DNA of 64,000 nt from Selaginella moellendorffii. Its lineage: Eukaryota > Plantae > Lycopodiophyta. This document shows, one piece after another, positions 33,912-47,663 of this stretch. Location of the stretch: NCBI RefSeq assembly GCF_000143415.4, contig NW_003314307.1, forward strand, positions 1,220,952-1,284,951, read 5' to 3'. The position numbers were made by a program, and so were the translations under genes. Positions within the stretch are counted from its first letter, which is position 1, and each line of letters starts with the position of its first letter. Under the pieces are notes generated by a model. That model saw only the letters and a list, made by a program, of their open reading frames with translations, searched no databases and was not told the DNA's origin.

Positions 33912-36761
33912 CGTATAGCTCAGGAAGTCGAGATAAAAAATTTGCGAAGGGAGATTCGCAAATTGAAAAAGGAGAACAAAAACAGGAAGAAAGAAGTTGA
34001 GGCAGTTAAACTAGCTAAACCTAAGCAACCAAACTCCTCTTCAAGTTCTGAGGACGATGAAGTTCTACAACCGTCCTCGGTTGCACGAGTTTCGAAGTTC
34101 AAACCTCCAAAACCACCCAATTTCAGAGGCATGTGGGACTATCATGTTTTGGAAGATTGGGTCTATAATAGGGAAAATTATTTCATAGCAGCAGACGTAG
34201 ATGATCGTACGAAAGTTGCATGCGCGCAATCCTTTCTCACTGATCATGCCAAAACTTGGTGGCGCTAGGTGTATGCTGAAAAAGGGCAAACTAGAAGTTA
34301 GACCAAGATGTGGTCTTGTATCTGTAAGGAATACTTGCCAGATGATCTTGGTTTGAGACTATGCGTGGAGCTGCGGCAATTAAAGTAGTGAGGGACCTCA
34401 TGCATTACGTTAATGTGTTTGCTTAGAAGTGCATTATAATTGCAAATATGAGTGACGAAGATGCTCGAAGTTATTTCCTAGAAGGTTTAAGTTCACTTTC
34501 TCGCAATGAGATTTTGAAGTTTAAATCGGAGATGTACCTGGAATGTAAGGAGGCAGCACAGCAAGTTGCCTTTAGTCACTCACTCATAGAACAATATCAA
34601 CAGTTGTATACTAGTACCTCAGACAAAAATAAGAATTTTGAGAATAAACAAAGTGATCGGAAACAAAGGGTGGAAGGCAAGTTTCACCCTGGAGGCTCAT
34701 AAGCAATAGTTAACAAAGGCGGTGGTTGGAGACCACTAGCAGCTTCTTTTGGTCTTAGGCCTTTTGTTCCTCCTTCTGGTGGGTACAAGCAACAGCAACC
34801 TACGAAACTTGCTCCTAGTGGAACAGGTAGTGTGGGTCACTGTTTCTATTGTGGAGAGTTAGGATATAGGTCCTTGGAATGTCCCAACAAGCATAAGACA
34901 AAATCTCGTGTTAATGTCATGAGGGAATACGGTGGTGGTGAAGCTGAAAGGATTGACGAGTTGATCAATGCAGACTATGAGGAAGAGGAGGTGAGTTATT
35001 TTTGTTGTTTTCCTCAAGCTTTACTCGCAGTTAATGCAAACACTGATCTGTTAATATATTTGGTAGGCTTTGTTCACGGACACCAAATTCAAGTGATGAT
35101 TGACACAGGAGCTACGCACAGCGTGATATCCAAAAACTTAGTTAAGTTATTAGGATTGAATGTTGGGCAAATGTTGCCAATGCACTTCCGGTTTGCGGAA
35201 GGTGGGCAAGTAGCCAGAAAGTTTATGAATGATGTTCCAATAAAAATATTCAAGTGGAAAGAAAGAGTGGATTTGATAGTGTTGAAGATACCAGATTTTT
35301 AGATGATGTTTGGTATGGACTTCTTTAACAAATACATAAAAGGGATTTATGGTGCTAAACAAAGTCGTATCACGTTGAAGTTAGAAGGATGTCTTAATGT
35401 GTCCTTCTAGTTGCAAAAGCGTTCCTCAAAGGATTGGGATGCAAAGTTCTTGATTGCAAGGGCCGCTAAAAAATCAGCTAAGAGGGGATGTTGGACCTTT
35501 TGTGCTCAAGTGATGGAAGCTGAGGGTGTTGGTGACTCAATTCGAATCAATGATGGAGTTCATGCTGTACCAATGAAGATATTGGAGTTGTTGGCAAGGA
35601 ATTAGGATATCTTTCCGAAGGATTTACCACTAGGGCTACCTCCTAACCATGAGGTTGATCATCGGATTGAGGTTATTCTGGGTTCTAAACCATCTATGAA
35701 AGCTTGATATCGATTTAACATCAAGGAGATGGCTAAACTCAAGAAGCAACTCATGGAGCTTCTTGACAAAGGTCATATTCGACCAAGCAAGTCATCTTAT
35801 AGAGCACCGGTCCTTTTTGTTATGAAAAAGGATGGAACCATGAGGATGTGTATTGATTATCGGGCACTCAATAAAATCACGGTTAAAAACAATTATCCTT
35901 TGCCTCGCATTGATGACTTGTTTGACCAACTCTTAAAGGCTAAGTATTTTATGCGACTTGATTTGCGGTCCGGGTATCATCAGATATGGGTGGTGGATCA
36001 GGATGTGGAGAAGACAACCTTTAAGACTTAGTACGGATCTTATAAGTTTCTTGTCGTGCTGTTTGGGTTATGCAATGCTCTGGCAACGTTTAGCACTATA
36101 ATGGATAAAATATTTCAAGATTATTTGGACATATTTGTTGTCCTATATATCGATGATGTTCTAGTCTTTAGTGAAACATTGGAGGATCATTTGAAACACT
36201 TGGAGCTAGTGTTTCAAAAGTTGTGCGAACATAAACTATATGCTAAGGAAAGTAAATGCACTTTTGGACAATTGTGCGTAAACTTTTTTGGACATATAGT
36301 TGGTGGTGGAGTAATTGAGGTAGATTCAAAGAAGGTGGAAGCGGTGAAGTCCTGAGAAGTTCCGACCACTATATCAAATGTTCGTTTTTTTCTCAGTTTG
36401 GTGGGATATTATTGCAAGTTTGTCCACAGTTTTGCAAGAATTGCTCTTCCATTGACTGAGTTGACAAAGTGTAGTATTCCGTTTCATTGGACACCAACTT
36501 GTTAGCGTGTTTTTGTACAGTTGAAGGAGATTTTAACTATGGTTCCTGTTCCCAAGATTCCGGATCTTGATAAACCCTTTGAAGTGCATTGTGATGCATT
36601 TGGCTATGCTATTGGTGCCATGTTACAGCAAAATTGTGACAAAGTGGTTGGTGTTATGCTAAGGCGACATAGTTTTCCCGTTGCATTCTATTCCAAGAAA
36701 TTGGATGAAACCCAACAAAGATGGCCAATACATAAGAAAGAGATGTTTGTTATAGTGTCGG
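33912..36761 (+). pseudogene. Element A gag/PR/RT/RH pseudogene (continues 28362-28504)
   Basis: [62 protein letters not shown]; interrupted at RH by the Cassandra-like TRIM. Confidence 0.9.
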
Positions 36762-36955
36762 TGTAAGCTCCTGAGTTTGAACTTCCTGGGAGGTCACCCA
36801 ACCCAGTACTATTCAAACCCAAGGATGTTTAACCCCAAATATCCTAAGACCCTTAACCGATTAAAAAAGGGGGTGCACTCTTGTTCATAGGCCCTTTCCC
36901 TCTATATTTGAACCCCATGGATCATCTCTCAAATCGTTCTCTTTAGTTTTTTACA
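36762..36955 (-). mobile_element. Cassandra-like TRIM 3' LTR (194 bp) with 5S rRNA-derived segment; internal part continues to 37204
   Basis: Reverse complement of 39850-40043. The minus strand at 36833-36779 resembles the 5S internal control region. A purine-rich tract lies next to the LTR. Confidence 0.8.
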
Positions 36956-38139
36956 GTTTACCAACCTTCCCTGCAAGTTCACGCCTTTGTGAATGGAAGC
37001 TAAAATGGATCATCTCTTAAATCATTCTCTTTAGTTGCTTACAATTTACCAAGCTTCCCTGCAAGTTCATGCCTTCGTGCATGGAAGCTAAGAGCTATAG
37101 CTCTCGCAAGAGCCTTGTTCTATTGACACCCTACCCCTCAGGTCAAGCCTAGTGGGAGCAAACTAGACCAGCCAGATGTCAATGAACATGTGGTGTGATT
37201 CCCCTAGACATGGTAAGCTATCATATAGCAATATTGAGGGACTAGTTTCAATATGTAAGGGTTCTTGTCACTAGCAAGTGCAAAACAAAACGAGACAAGA
37301 ACTCCTTATTGAGCTAAGTATGCTTAGCTAATAGCACGTAAGAATTCTGTCCTTATGCTCATCCCGTCTAAGTGCACATGTGCTGACCAGTTTCTCAACT
37401 AACTTGGGCGGAGACCATAGCAGTACCAACCTCTTGCCGTCATGGTAGTAAAGAAAGAGTATCCGTAAAGATTGGCTAACAAGTATCTTTCGATACCTGA
37501 AGTCACATTCATGACACTCTCCCCCCTTTGGGGAAGATCGACGTCCTCATTGATGTATACTCGAGTCTAGCAAACCGTCAAGGAAACAACTCCAAAAGTT
37601 AACAGAAGGCACACTATATAGGAAATACACTAACTTAAATGAGTTATGGAACAACTTCTCCTCTATGTCCAAAACGTTAAGACTCAGACACCCTCCGGCT
37701 GTCACTGACAAGGAAATGACTAACAGAGTTAGCCACCCTTGCTGCTTCGAGTACCATTTGGCTTACAAAAGAATGATACATCCCTACCCGCAGAGATAAA
37801 GAGAGAAGGCCGGAGGCCCAACTTCCCCTGAGCAAGAAATCAACCCCATCAGGAAGATTTAAACAACTATTATAAATTGGCAAATTAAGTTATTTACACA
37901 ACCATGCCCCTTTTTAAAAATGAGTCATTGAGAGAGAGGTGAGGACTTGTGATTAGTCTATAATAGTTATCCCCATGGTTATAGATTGGACCCATGCACT
38001 GAAGTGCCGAAGTCAGCCTGCCAAAACTAACCCAAGTATTAACGAACAAGAGAAACGACACTTTGATTTATAAAAATATATTACTTTATTAATTTGCAAG
38101 ATTTATTACAAGAGTTACAAAATTATTCTTTATTACAAT

Positions 38140-39849
38140 TTTCATACTCTATGACAAGCTCACGAGCATGTCCAAGATTCCTAAGAGGTTCCCAAGTTGA
38201 TTCACAAAATAGGTAACCTTTCCACTTAATTAGATATTCCTTCGCATGAGCCTGTCTCTAAAACCGAGAATCCAAGATAGCTTCAACTTCATATTTTGGT
38301 TCACTATCCACAACATATGGTGGCGGACAAATCTTCCCATGTCATGCAACATCCATAGTGTAAGGAGCCAAGAGATTGGCATGAAATACATTATGAACAT
38401 GGGATATCTCCATAAGAAGATCTAATTAATATGATATATCACCAATTTGTTTCAACACTTGATAGGGTCCAATAAATCTTGGTAACAGCTTCCAAGACAA
38501 AGATCCCTTAATGTTCAAGTTCTGAGAAGATAGCCATACTTGATCTCCCACTTGATAGGATACATCCCAACGATGTTGATCCTTATCATGTCAATACCTA
38601 TCCTGAGCTTTGCCCATCGCCTCAGTAGTTCTAGACCAACCTTGGCGTAACTGCTCCGCATAAGTCTCAATGGCCAGGCTAAGACTTTGGACATTGGTTT
38701 CGGTACAACAATCTATTGAGGCACCCCACAAGCATTCCCTTGCAACATCTCCCATGGAGAATAGCCAATAGTGCTATGAAATGTGTTGTTATAACAAATT
38801 TCAGCTGTGTCCAAATGCTCAACCTAGTCGCTTTAGTCTGCCGTGACATAGTACCGCAGATAATCCTCAACTTGAGCATTCATGCGTTCGGTCTGCCCAT
38901 CAGTTTGAGGATGATAAACCGTACTAAACTTCAATTTGGTACCGAACAACTAGAATAGTGTGCCCCAAAACTTCCCCGTAAATCTCAAATCTCTATTCAG
39001 AATCATCTCTTCGGGAAGACCACAAACCCGTACTACTTTATGGAAAAAGAGTTTTGTTGCTTGCTTCACATTCATTGTTCCCACAGTTGGAATGAAGTGT
39101 GCAATCTTCGACAACCGATCCACAACCACCATCAAAGTATCATAACCTTTAGATTTTGGCAAGCAAGTGACGAAATCAAGTGTCACACTCTGAAATGGCC
39201 ATGCCGGTGCTAGAATGCATAACAACTTTCCAACCTGCTTCTCAATTCTATGCTTATATTGCTAGCATATAATGCAAGAATGGACATAGTCCGCTACATC
39301 ACCTTCCATGCCAAACCAGAAAAATCCCTTTTTCAATAAAGCCAGGGTCTTTTGCTTTCCACTATGTCCTGTTGCCAGAACATCATGATGTTCCTATAGA
39401 AACAACAGCTGTAGATCCTTAGAGGGAAGGTACAATCTTTCTTGCTTATAGAATATAAGCCCATCCCAAATTGAAAAGTGAAGTTTCATATTGGTTCGAC
39501 TAGCAACTTTCACTGCTTCACTATTAGGATTCTGCTTTGACAACCCTGCACGACATAAGATTGTCTTTGCCAATGGATCACTTCCATACGAAGCATAAAT
39601 GTCCTCCAACTAGTCCAAATTGATTGCCGATATTGCCTGAAACTAAGCCTGACAACTCAATGCATTCGGAACAATATTGTCTTTACCAGTTTATATATGA
39701 TTTCAATATCATATCTAGCAAGCTTCTCTTGCCAATGGGCCTACTTCAGCATAAGGTTAGGCTACATAGCAAAGTAGCTTAGTGTGTTACTATCTGTATA
39801 AACCTTGGTATGTCCACCCAAGTAGTATCTCCAATGTTCTAATGTTGAC
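38140..39849 (-). pseudogene. Inverted 3' part of element A pol: RH end, integrase, chromodomain
   Basis: TLEHWRYYLG continues RH from 36761; VTLDFVTCLPKSKGYDTLMVVVDRLSK; chromodomain YEVEAILDSR...EYLIKWKGY...STWEP..NL at ~38310-38140. PPT at 37517-37529. Confidence 0.88.
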
Positions 39850-40043
39850 TGTAAGCAACCAAAGAGAATAACTTGAGAGATAATCCATGGGGTTCAAATA
39901 TAAAGGGAAAGGGCCCATGAACAAAAGTGCACCCCTTTTTCCAATCAGTTAAGGGTTTTGAGATATTTGGGGTTAAGTGTTCTTGGGTTTGAATAGTACT
40001 AAGCTGGGTGACCTCTCGGGAAGTTCAAACTCAGGAGCTTACA
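39850..40043 (+). mobile_element. Cassandra-like TRIM 5' LTR (194 bp) with 5S rRNA-derived segment, followed by PBS
   Basis: TG..CA. 39972-40026 GTTAAGTGTTCTTGGGTTTGAATAGTACTAAGCTGGGTGACCTCTCGGGAAGTTC compares with plant 5S GTTAAGCGTGCTTGGGCGAGAGTAGTACTAGGATGGGTGACCTCCTGGGAAGTCC. PBS TGGTATCAGA at 40046. Confidence 0.85.
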
Positions 40044-40087
40044 TTTGGTATCAGAAAAGTCTCGGATCCGACTCTGTTGGTTGGCTA

Positions 40088-40685
40088 CCAAACACCCTTA
40101 TCATACCCTTTGTGTTAGTCTCATTTCAGTCCCAAATGCTATTTATGGAAAGTGTCTAGATTTGCTCATTTGGCATATCTACAAAATGTCGAGATTGACC
40201 TAAACACAATGGTGTTTGTCCTGTGTCCAAATTCACAATTTAGGGACATTCCATATTTAGTAAGTTTTGAGCTTGTCCCAGAGACTAACTCCTTGTACTA
40301 AGGGAGGCTTGGGGTGAAAGCCCAAAGCATGTGTTCCTCAGGGGGGGGGGGGGGGCCTATGGGGGGTTCCAAATGCATAGTAAGGATAGTGGTTGGAATG
40401 CATGTCCAACCACCTGAGGCATTAATTTGGCTCTTGCTAGGCTATGTTGCTCCTTGTTTTGCGTCTGGCTTGAGTCTAAGCCCAAACTCCATGCTGCTCT
40501 AGTCAGTGAATTACCCTCCTCCTCGCATTAGGCCATCAGTATGCCAAAATTGTGCCAGATTACGTCTGACACCATTTTACGTGCAGGTGTTATATACGGG
40601 GAGTTGGTGCTCGTGGGATTGTATCGGACCCTTATTTCATAGCGCAACAAGCTTGGAGTTCGGCTCCAAATTCATGTGCACTACA
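40088..40685 (+). repeat. Distal part of element A 3' LTR (proximal part inverted at 37205-37516)
   Basis: Colinear with 19331-19724 plus 27966-28170; ends TACA. Confidence 0.85.
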
Positions 40686-41503
40686 TTGATTAATTACCTA
40701 TATACAATAATTTATCTAAATTTACTAATGGGTTTGGTTTTTTTTTACAATGGTTAGGCCTTTATCTTCTCTTTCTATATCACATATAGATAGAAGCATT
40801 GTAAGTGTTTAATTTTTCTATTCTACTTTAGTCATTTAACCACATCTTTGACCATTTGGAAGAGTCTTATTCACAACCTCCATAAATTCTATTGCAGAAT
40901 TGGGGACTTGCAAGCCCCGTGAATGGCCTTTATACCACTTTGTCTTTACATTTGGTCCAAGTGCTCCACGTGTCCATTCTCACTATAGACATATAAAGGT
41001 ACCACTAACATATTCGCCTGTTACACTAAAGGTATGTCCATTTACCTTTGTCTTATTGGTAGTCCAAGACAACCTATACCATAGTTCCGTCTCTTAAAGG
41101 CTAAGCTATCTATTTATGAGTGGTCTTCCTAGCACCACACCTTAATATCTTTAAAATGCCCAGAGACATAGGGAATAGCCTTCCCTAATATCCCTTCTTC
41201 AGTCCCTATCAAGTCCCTCTTCGTCCACGGCCATGTACACTAACACTACTATTAGAAAGTGGGGAGAATACCTATGAGGCTTGCGTAGGGCTATAGTGTT
41301 CTAAAATGTTCTCCCATGGAAAGGAAGAAGAGTGGTCCTATGGTGTAGTGACTAAGGATACGATCATGTGGTAAGGAAATCCCAGAGGACAATGGACTTA
41401 GTGGTCGGGCCTGTGGGCTTTGTCCTAGTGGTAGTGTTGGCAAACACAGCCATGGACACATACTAAGAAAATTGCGCAACTCAACCACTGTAGTCGATGT
41501 AGG

Positions 41504-44500
41504 TTAATTTTCCACCATAGTCACCTTCCTTGGATCCATCTTGACACCCTTAGATGTCATAATATGGCCTAGATATTCCACCTTTGCAAATTCATATTTG
41601 CTCTTCTTCACATAAAGTTTGTTGTCTTGGAGTAACAAAAAAACCTTGCGCAAATGCACCTTATGCTCCTCCATATTCTTGCTAAAAACAAGAATATCAT
41701 CCAAGAAAATCTCCACAAACTCATAAAGATAACGCCTAAATACCTCCGTTATCAACCGGGTAAATGTGGCTGGTGCATTCGTCAAACTAAACGGCATATC
41801 TCTAAACTCAAAATGTCTGAAGCTTGTATTGAATGCTGTCTTGGAGATAGATGCATCATCCATTGCAATCTGAGGATATTCACTCCTCAGATCAATCTTG
41901 GTAAACATTCGTGCTTCACCAAGCTTATCCAGGATATCATCCACACGTGGCATTGGCATTTTATCCTTCACTGTCTTTTTGTTCAAAGTGCAGTAGTCAA
42001 TACACATCTACATTGAACCATCCTTCTTCTTCACAAGCAAGATTAGGGCACCAAATAGGGACTTACTTGGCTGAATAAATCTAAACTCAAGTAACTCTTT
42101 GACTTGTCGTTAAACTTCTTGCTCCTCCGCATAACTTAACCAAAATGGACGCATTTCCGGCTCCAATGTAATCCCATGCTCCACACCTAGTAACGGAGGA
42201 AACCCATGAGGAAATTCAGATGGAAAAACATCAGAAAACTCGTCAAGTACATCCCGTATTGCTGCTTCTTCCCCACACGTGCCTTGGGCCCCCAAGTCAT
42301 GAACAAACAACAAGTAACTCGAAAGTGTTTTTCCATTACGACAAGCCCGCTTCAAAGATGTAATAGAGAGCATAACAACTAGTGATTAAACACCTTCGCC
42401 AAACCACTCATCTTTAACGCCACCATACTCTAGCAAGATACATTTAATACTCCACTTTATCTCTAAATCCACCTTCACCAACTATGGCATCCTAAGAATG
42501 AAATCCACACAATGGATATCCGCGAAATAAAAAATCTCCACAAGTGTGGTTTTGCCAACCAACACTTCCAGCCCCTCAACACAAGCATTAAAATGTTGAG
42601 CAAAGGTAGTTGCACCTTCCACTATGTATAGAAGAACTCTGCGTGTGACCAGGCCATGCTCCACAACAAAATTTGCCGAAACAAAGTTGTCATCGCTCCC
42701 ACTATCTAGTAAAATCCGCACTGGATCACCATGGAACATGTCCTCCAGCATTAAAGCTGATTCACGCATATCCTCGAGCTCCATCTTGTTCCACACACAG
42801 TTGAACTGACGAGCAATGATCAAAAGTCTCTTCCTCCGACCGAAATGGTCGTTCTCATCATCCTCATGCTGCAAAGTTTGCAACTTTTTAGTATCTGACT
42901 TACCGTGAGAAGAAGATTAGCCATTCTTCTTGTCCTACTACTTGTTCTTCAACTGCGGACAATCAGTCTTGTAATGTCCAAGTTCACCGCAATGATGACA
43001 ACCCTATCTATAATTCTTCACAAAGAACTTCTGCTAAGTAGTCACCACTGACTTTAACTTGTGATGCTTGTTCCCATTTTTGTGTCCACGGCGATCATCA
43101 CAATGATTCTTAATAGAAGGACTCCACGAATGCTTGCGAGACTTGTGCTTGTCATTGTCAAGTCGATGAGCCGCATCAAAGAGCTCCTCCAAACTTTTTG
43201 TAGGCTGAGAATGATGCAAGTGTTGCCACATGCTCTCACTATGTAGGCCATCAATGAAGTAGGACTTGTTTTAATCTGGATCCTTCATTGGAACATGACT
43301 AATCAAGCAAGTAAGCTTCTCAATATAGTCCCCGAGTGTCATTTTCCCTTGCTGGAAATGTCAAAGTTCTGTATGAGTATTCTCCACGTCGTAATGAGGG
43401 GCAAAACGTAAACGGAAAGCAATTTCAAACTCATCTATGGTAAACACTAGTGGTTTCTTATTCGCAACACGAAACTCCTCAAGCCAATTCCACCATCAAA
43501 GGCCCGCATCACGCAAAACCATTAGAATAGTCACTAAAGCCTTTGCATCTGGAGTTCCCCTAGCAACCAAGAACTTCTTCATATTGGCTAGCCAAGTGAG
43601 ACACTTGTCCACACCACCATCACTGGAAAAGGTTGGAATTTTGAGTCGATCTACCAAAGAAGGCTTACTTGGAGTGCTACCCTGTCCAGCCTCGAGTGCC
43701 TCAACACGCCCACACATGGTATCTATGCATCTCATCTTGCATCTCTTGCTGATTTCGATTAAGGGCTCACAGCTCGTGAACCACATCTTGAATAGTCCAA
43801 ATCTCCGCAGCTTCATCAACACCATCGTCGGCACCACCATCGACAATAGGATTCTAGCGTTTAGCTTGGTCAGCCATTGCAACCAACTCCTCTGATACCA
43901 ATGTTATGATCCGGCGCAAAAAGACAAAGATTTAGTCACCCTAGACTATGTTACGCCACCTCTTAAGGTTCCAACCACCTCTAAACTACCTCAAAAGCTC
44001 CACTACGCCACCACTCCTCTATGAGCCTTTGGGTAGGTTAAGTCCCCCACCCTAACATGCCTTAATATATCCTTGAGCCTCCCTTTGACTGACATTGATC
44101 ACATGGTCAAAGTTGGTGCCTAACACGGGACTATGATGCAAGTGGTGTTGGACCATCGGTGTGACTAAGGTGAATGGGTATGGCCTTAGCGTAACGGGTT
44201 AATATGTCTATGGTACTTTGGGGTGTCAGTTATAGGATCGGATACATGGAGCACTTGGATTAACTGCAAAGGTTGAGTGGCATGGATGCTATTCTTGGGG
44301 CTAGCAAGCTCGAAGTCCTGAATTGGATTTATAGAGGTTGTGAATGAAACTCCTCCAAGTGGTCGAAAATGTGGTTAAGTGACTAAAGTTTAATGGAAAA
44401 CTTAGTCACTTACACAAGGCTTGTGTAAGGATATAATGTTTTGAAATGTCATCCCAAACTCTCAAACTATGGAAAGGAAGAGGAGTAATCTTTTTATATA

Positions 44501-44970
44501 GTGACTAAAGGTATGATCATGTGGTGAGGAAATCCTAGAGATCAATAGGACTTAGTGGTTAAGCCTTTAGGTGGTAGTGTTGGCAAGTGAATAGAGAGGG
44601 ACTTAGTGAGGACCGAAGAAAGGATATTGTGGGAGGGTGGTCCCTATATCTCCAAGCATTTTAAGGATACTAAAGTGTGGTCATCCTTAATAAATGGATG
44701 GCTTAATCTTTGAGAGATAAGGCTATAGTATAGGTGGTCTTAGACTAATGAAATAAAGGTAAATGGACATGGATTTAGCATAATGGATTAATATGTTAGT
44801 GGTACTTTTGGGTGTTTATTGTGGGATCAAACATGTGGAACATTTGAACCAAGTGCAAAGGTAAAGCGGTATAGAGGCCATTCATAGGGCTAGCAAATCC
44901 CCAAGTCAGAAATATAACTTATAAAGGTTGTGAATGAGACTCCTTCAAATGGTTAAATATGTGGTTGCTA
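41504..44970 (-). mobile_element. Element D: truncated, decayed Ty3/Gypsy (gag, PR, RT; LTR-derived sequence from 43902)
   Basis: RT MCIDYCTLN...FLDDILV, protease LLDSGS, PBS TGGTATCAGA at 43900-43891. Related LTR-like repeats occur in both orientations at 40830-41450 and 44200-44970; outer boundaries are uncertain. Confidence 0.75.
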
Positions 44971-47663
44971 TATGTCAATTTTAACATATTATATGATTCT
45001 TTTAGCCAACTAACAAAGTCGAACTCGAGATCACTCTAATACCAAATGTAAGTTCCTTAAATACCAATTTTCATTTAAAACCATCTTTTTGAACATACAA
45101 GAATTGTTTCCTTAATATTGATAATTTTACCTTATAACAGGCTTCAAAACCATGATCCTGTTACACTAGTCTTGAATTATATGTGTGCCTATAAACCATT
45201 TATACTCAACTTCCTAAATATTAGCTTACTCAAAATTTGTATTAGGAACATTCAAAGGACCACACCCCTTAGTTTATTGAGACCTCTCCCTTCATAAGCT
45301 TTTTACTTGTTATTTGGTCTAATATGGTCACTTTTATACTCTAGACTCTATAATACCATATTTGTAAGTAGTAAACCCTTGGGCTTACATTTGATTCCTC
45401 ACTCAATTTATATAACCATTTTTTGTTATATCCCTTAGTTTTTATAGTTTGGTTATATCCCTTTACTACTTACTTTAGCTCCATAAGTTTTTTTGCTTAT
45501 TTTTCTTTATGCTAGGGTAGTTTTGCACTTTCTACTCACATCTTAGTGTATTCTTAAATATAAACCTACTCAATAACTTAGAAAGTGGTTAATCAATTTA
45601 GATATACTTAATTTTGTAATCCTACACACAAAGATTAATGTTGTTACTCATAGGCTCTATATGCCCATTGCTAATTGTGTCAACATTATTTTTTCATTAT
45701 CCACTTTAGATATACAAACTTCCTATATATTTAATTTTCCTTAATCTTAAATCTTAAATATCACTTTTTATTTATTATCCTTTAGGGATTTAATCCTTTG
45801 GGCCTTATCTAATGCCATCATGATACTAAACACCATTTAATGCTTTAAAGTGTTTATGTGTTTCAATAATGGACTTTTTAGACAATGAATATTTCCCTTT
45901 ACAACAATAACTCATTATACTATAACATAAGTAACTTATTCATTAAGAGATATGTCTAACTTCCTCTTTATTCCAACAAGAAGTCTTGAAATGTTAGTTT
46001 TCACTATTCCTAATAATAATATTAAACTAATGTTTAGTTACTATAGTGCACTTGAATTTGGAGCCAAACTCCAAGTTGTTTTGCTATGAAATGAGGGTTT
46101 AATATACACTCAATATCCTTTATGAGCACTAGCTCCCTAATATCTTTTTCAAGCCGTATAATTTAAACTATTTACTAAAGTTGAAATTAACTAGAGACCT
46201 CTTCACTAATTTGTATTGGCTTATAAAAATAGAATGTTTTTTAGGTTAAATGAAAAAATAAATCAATAATTGGAAAAACATTAAAAACATTATAGAAAAA
46301 ATTTTTATTCAAGAGAAAGAATGACTCTCAATCCAGAAATCAATCCAGAAATACATATTTTTAAAACTCAACCATATTCCTTCTACCTACAACGTCATAT
46401 AAATTCACCTCAACATAACTTTTTATGACCCAACAGTATGCTTAAGCATTCAATAACAAGCTCATATATCCACCAATGATATCCACAAATGCTAATGAAT
46501 ACTCTAGATTTAATCATGAAAACCATATATTTGCATATTTATATTGCATTAACACTCTTCTTTAATCACCTTCAAGATCCTATATAAAGCCAAAACATTA
46601 ACAAAAAAAATGATATAAAAAATTAAGTTTTAAAGAAACCTTCTTTTCATTTGAAATAATAATATTACTTCCACTAACATAAATGTTACTAATATCAATG
46701 CCTTAACTACATACTTTCTCCATCTAACAATCTAATCTAAGTGTTTATAGAAGTTATAGTAAATGAACAACTTCTCTAAAAAACCTTAATAAGCAAATAT
46801 TCAAGATATCAACACTAGCTTAGCATAAAATGGATCAGTTAATCTTTAGGATAATCATGAAAACTTATTAAATATGAAATACTATTAAATTACAAATTTT
46901 AACATGGAAGCAACACTATTGTGTTTAGGACAATCTCTACATTCTATAGATATTCCTAAGTAGCAAATCTAAGAACTTTTTATAAATAACTAATGGGACC
47001 AGAACAAAACCTACATATAGCAAGGATGTTTGGCAAACACAATAAGGTATCATGTTCTGATATTAAAAGACTAGAGCTCAATATGCAGTGGTTCTTATCA
47101 CTAGCCAATGCAAAACACAACTAAATGAGAACTTTTTATTGAATAGCCCTAGAATATTTAACATCCCAATGTTAAGACTAACACACAAAACAAAGCTAAA
47201 TAAAGTCTAACACTATTTTAACATACCGATATCCTATATGTATTCCACCAACTAACATGGTTTGGAGTTTAGGCTTAAACTTAAGTCAAATGTAGAATAA
47301 AGACAAACATGCTAGCAAGGAGCTAAATTATGTTTTTGATTGATTGATTATGCATAATTACTCACTATCCCTATTATACATTTGGAACCCCCTATGGCCC
47401 CCTCTCAGAAATGCATGCTTTATCCCAGGAAGTTAGTCTTTGGGATAATCATGAAAATTTACAAAATATAGAATGGTGCTAGATTGTGAATTTGGATGTG
47501 AAAACAACACTATTGTATTCACGGCAATCTCTACATTCCATAAATACATTTGACTAGTAGACCTAGACACTATCTATAAATAGTCAACAAGCCCAAACAA
47601 AATTAACATAAATAGCAAGAGTGTACAATAAATTATCATGTAGTGAGTTTTAAAAGATCAAGT

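Larger units (their letters stand above)
4282..40685 (+). mobile_element. Element A: decayed chromoviral Ty3/Gypsy LTR retrotransposon hosting nested insertions
   Basis: 5' LTR in three pieces (4282-4597, 19326-19724, 27961-28170 ending TACA), then PBS TGGTATCA. gag-pol at 28362-28504 and 33912-36761. RH end, INT, chromodomain and PPT are inverted at 37517-39849. 3' LTR is split into 37205-37516 (-) and 40088-40685 (+). LTRs are roughly 90% alike by eye; no TSD could be confirmed. Confidence 0.8.

Noticed and set aside
39972-40026. Functional 5S rRNA gene
   Set aside because: Only about 55 of 120 nt are present, and they lie inside a TG..CA LTR followed by a PBS.
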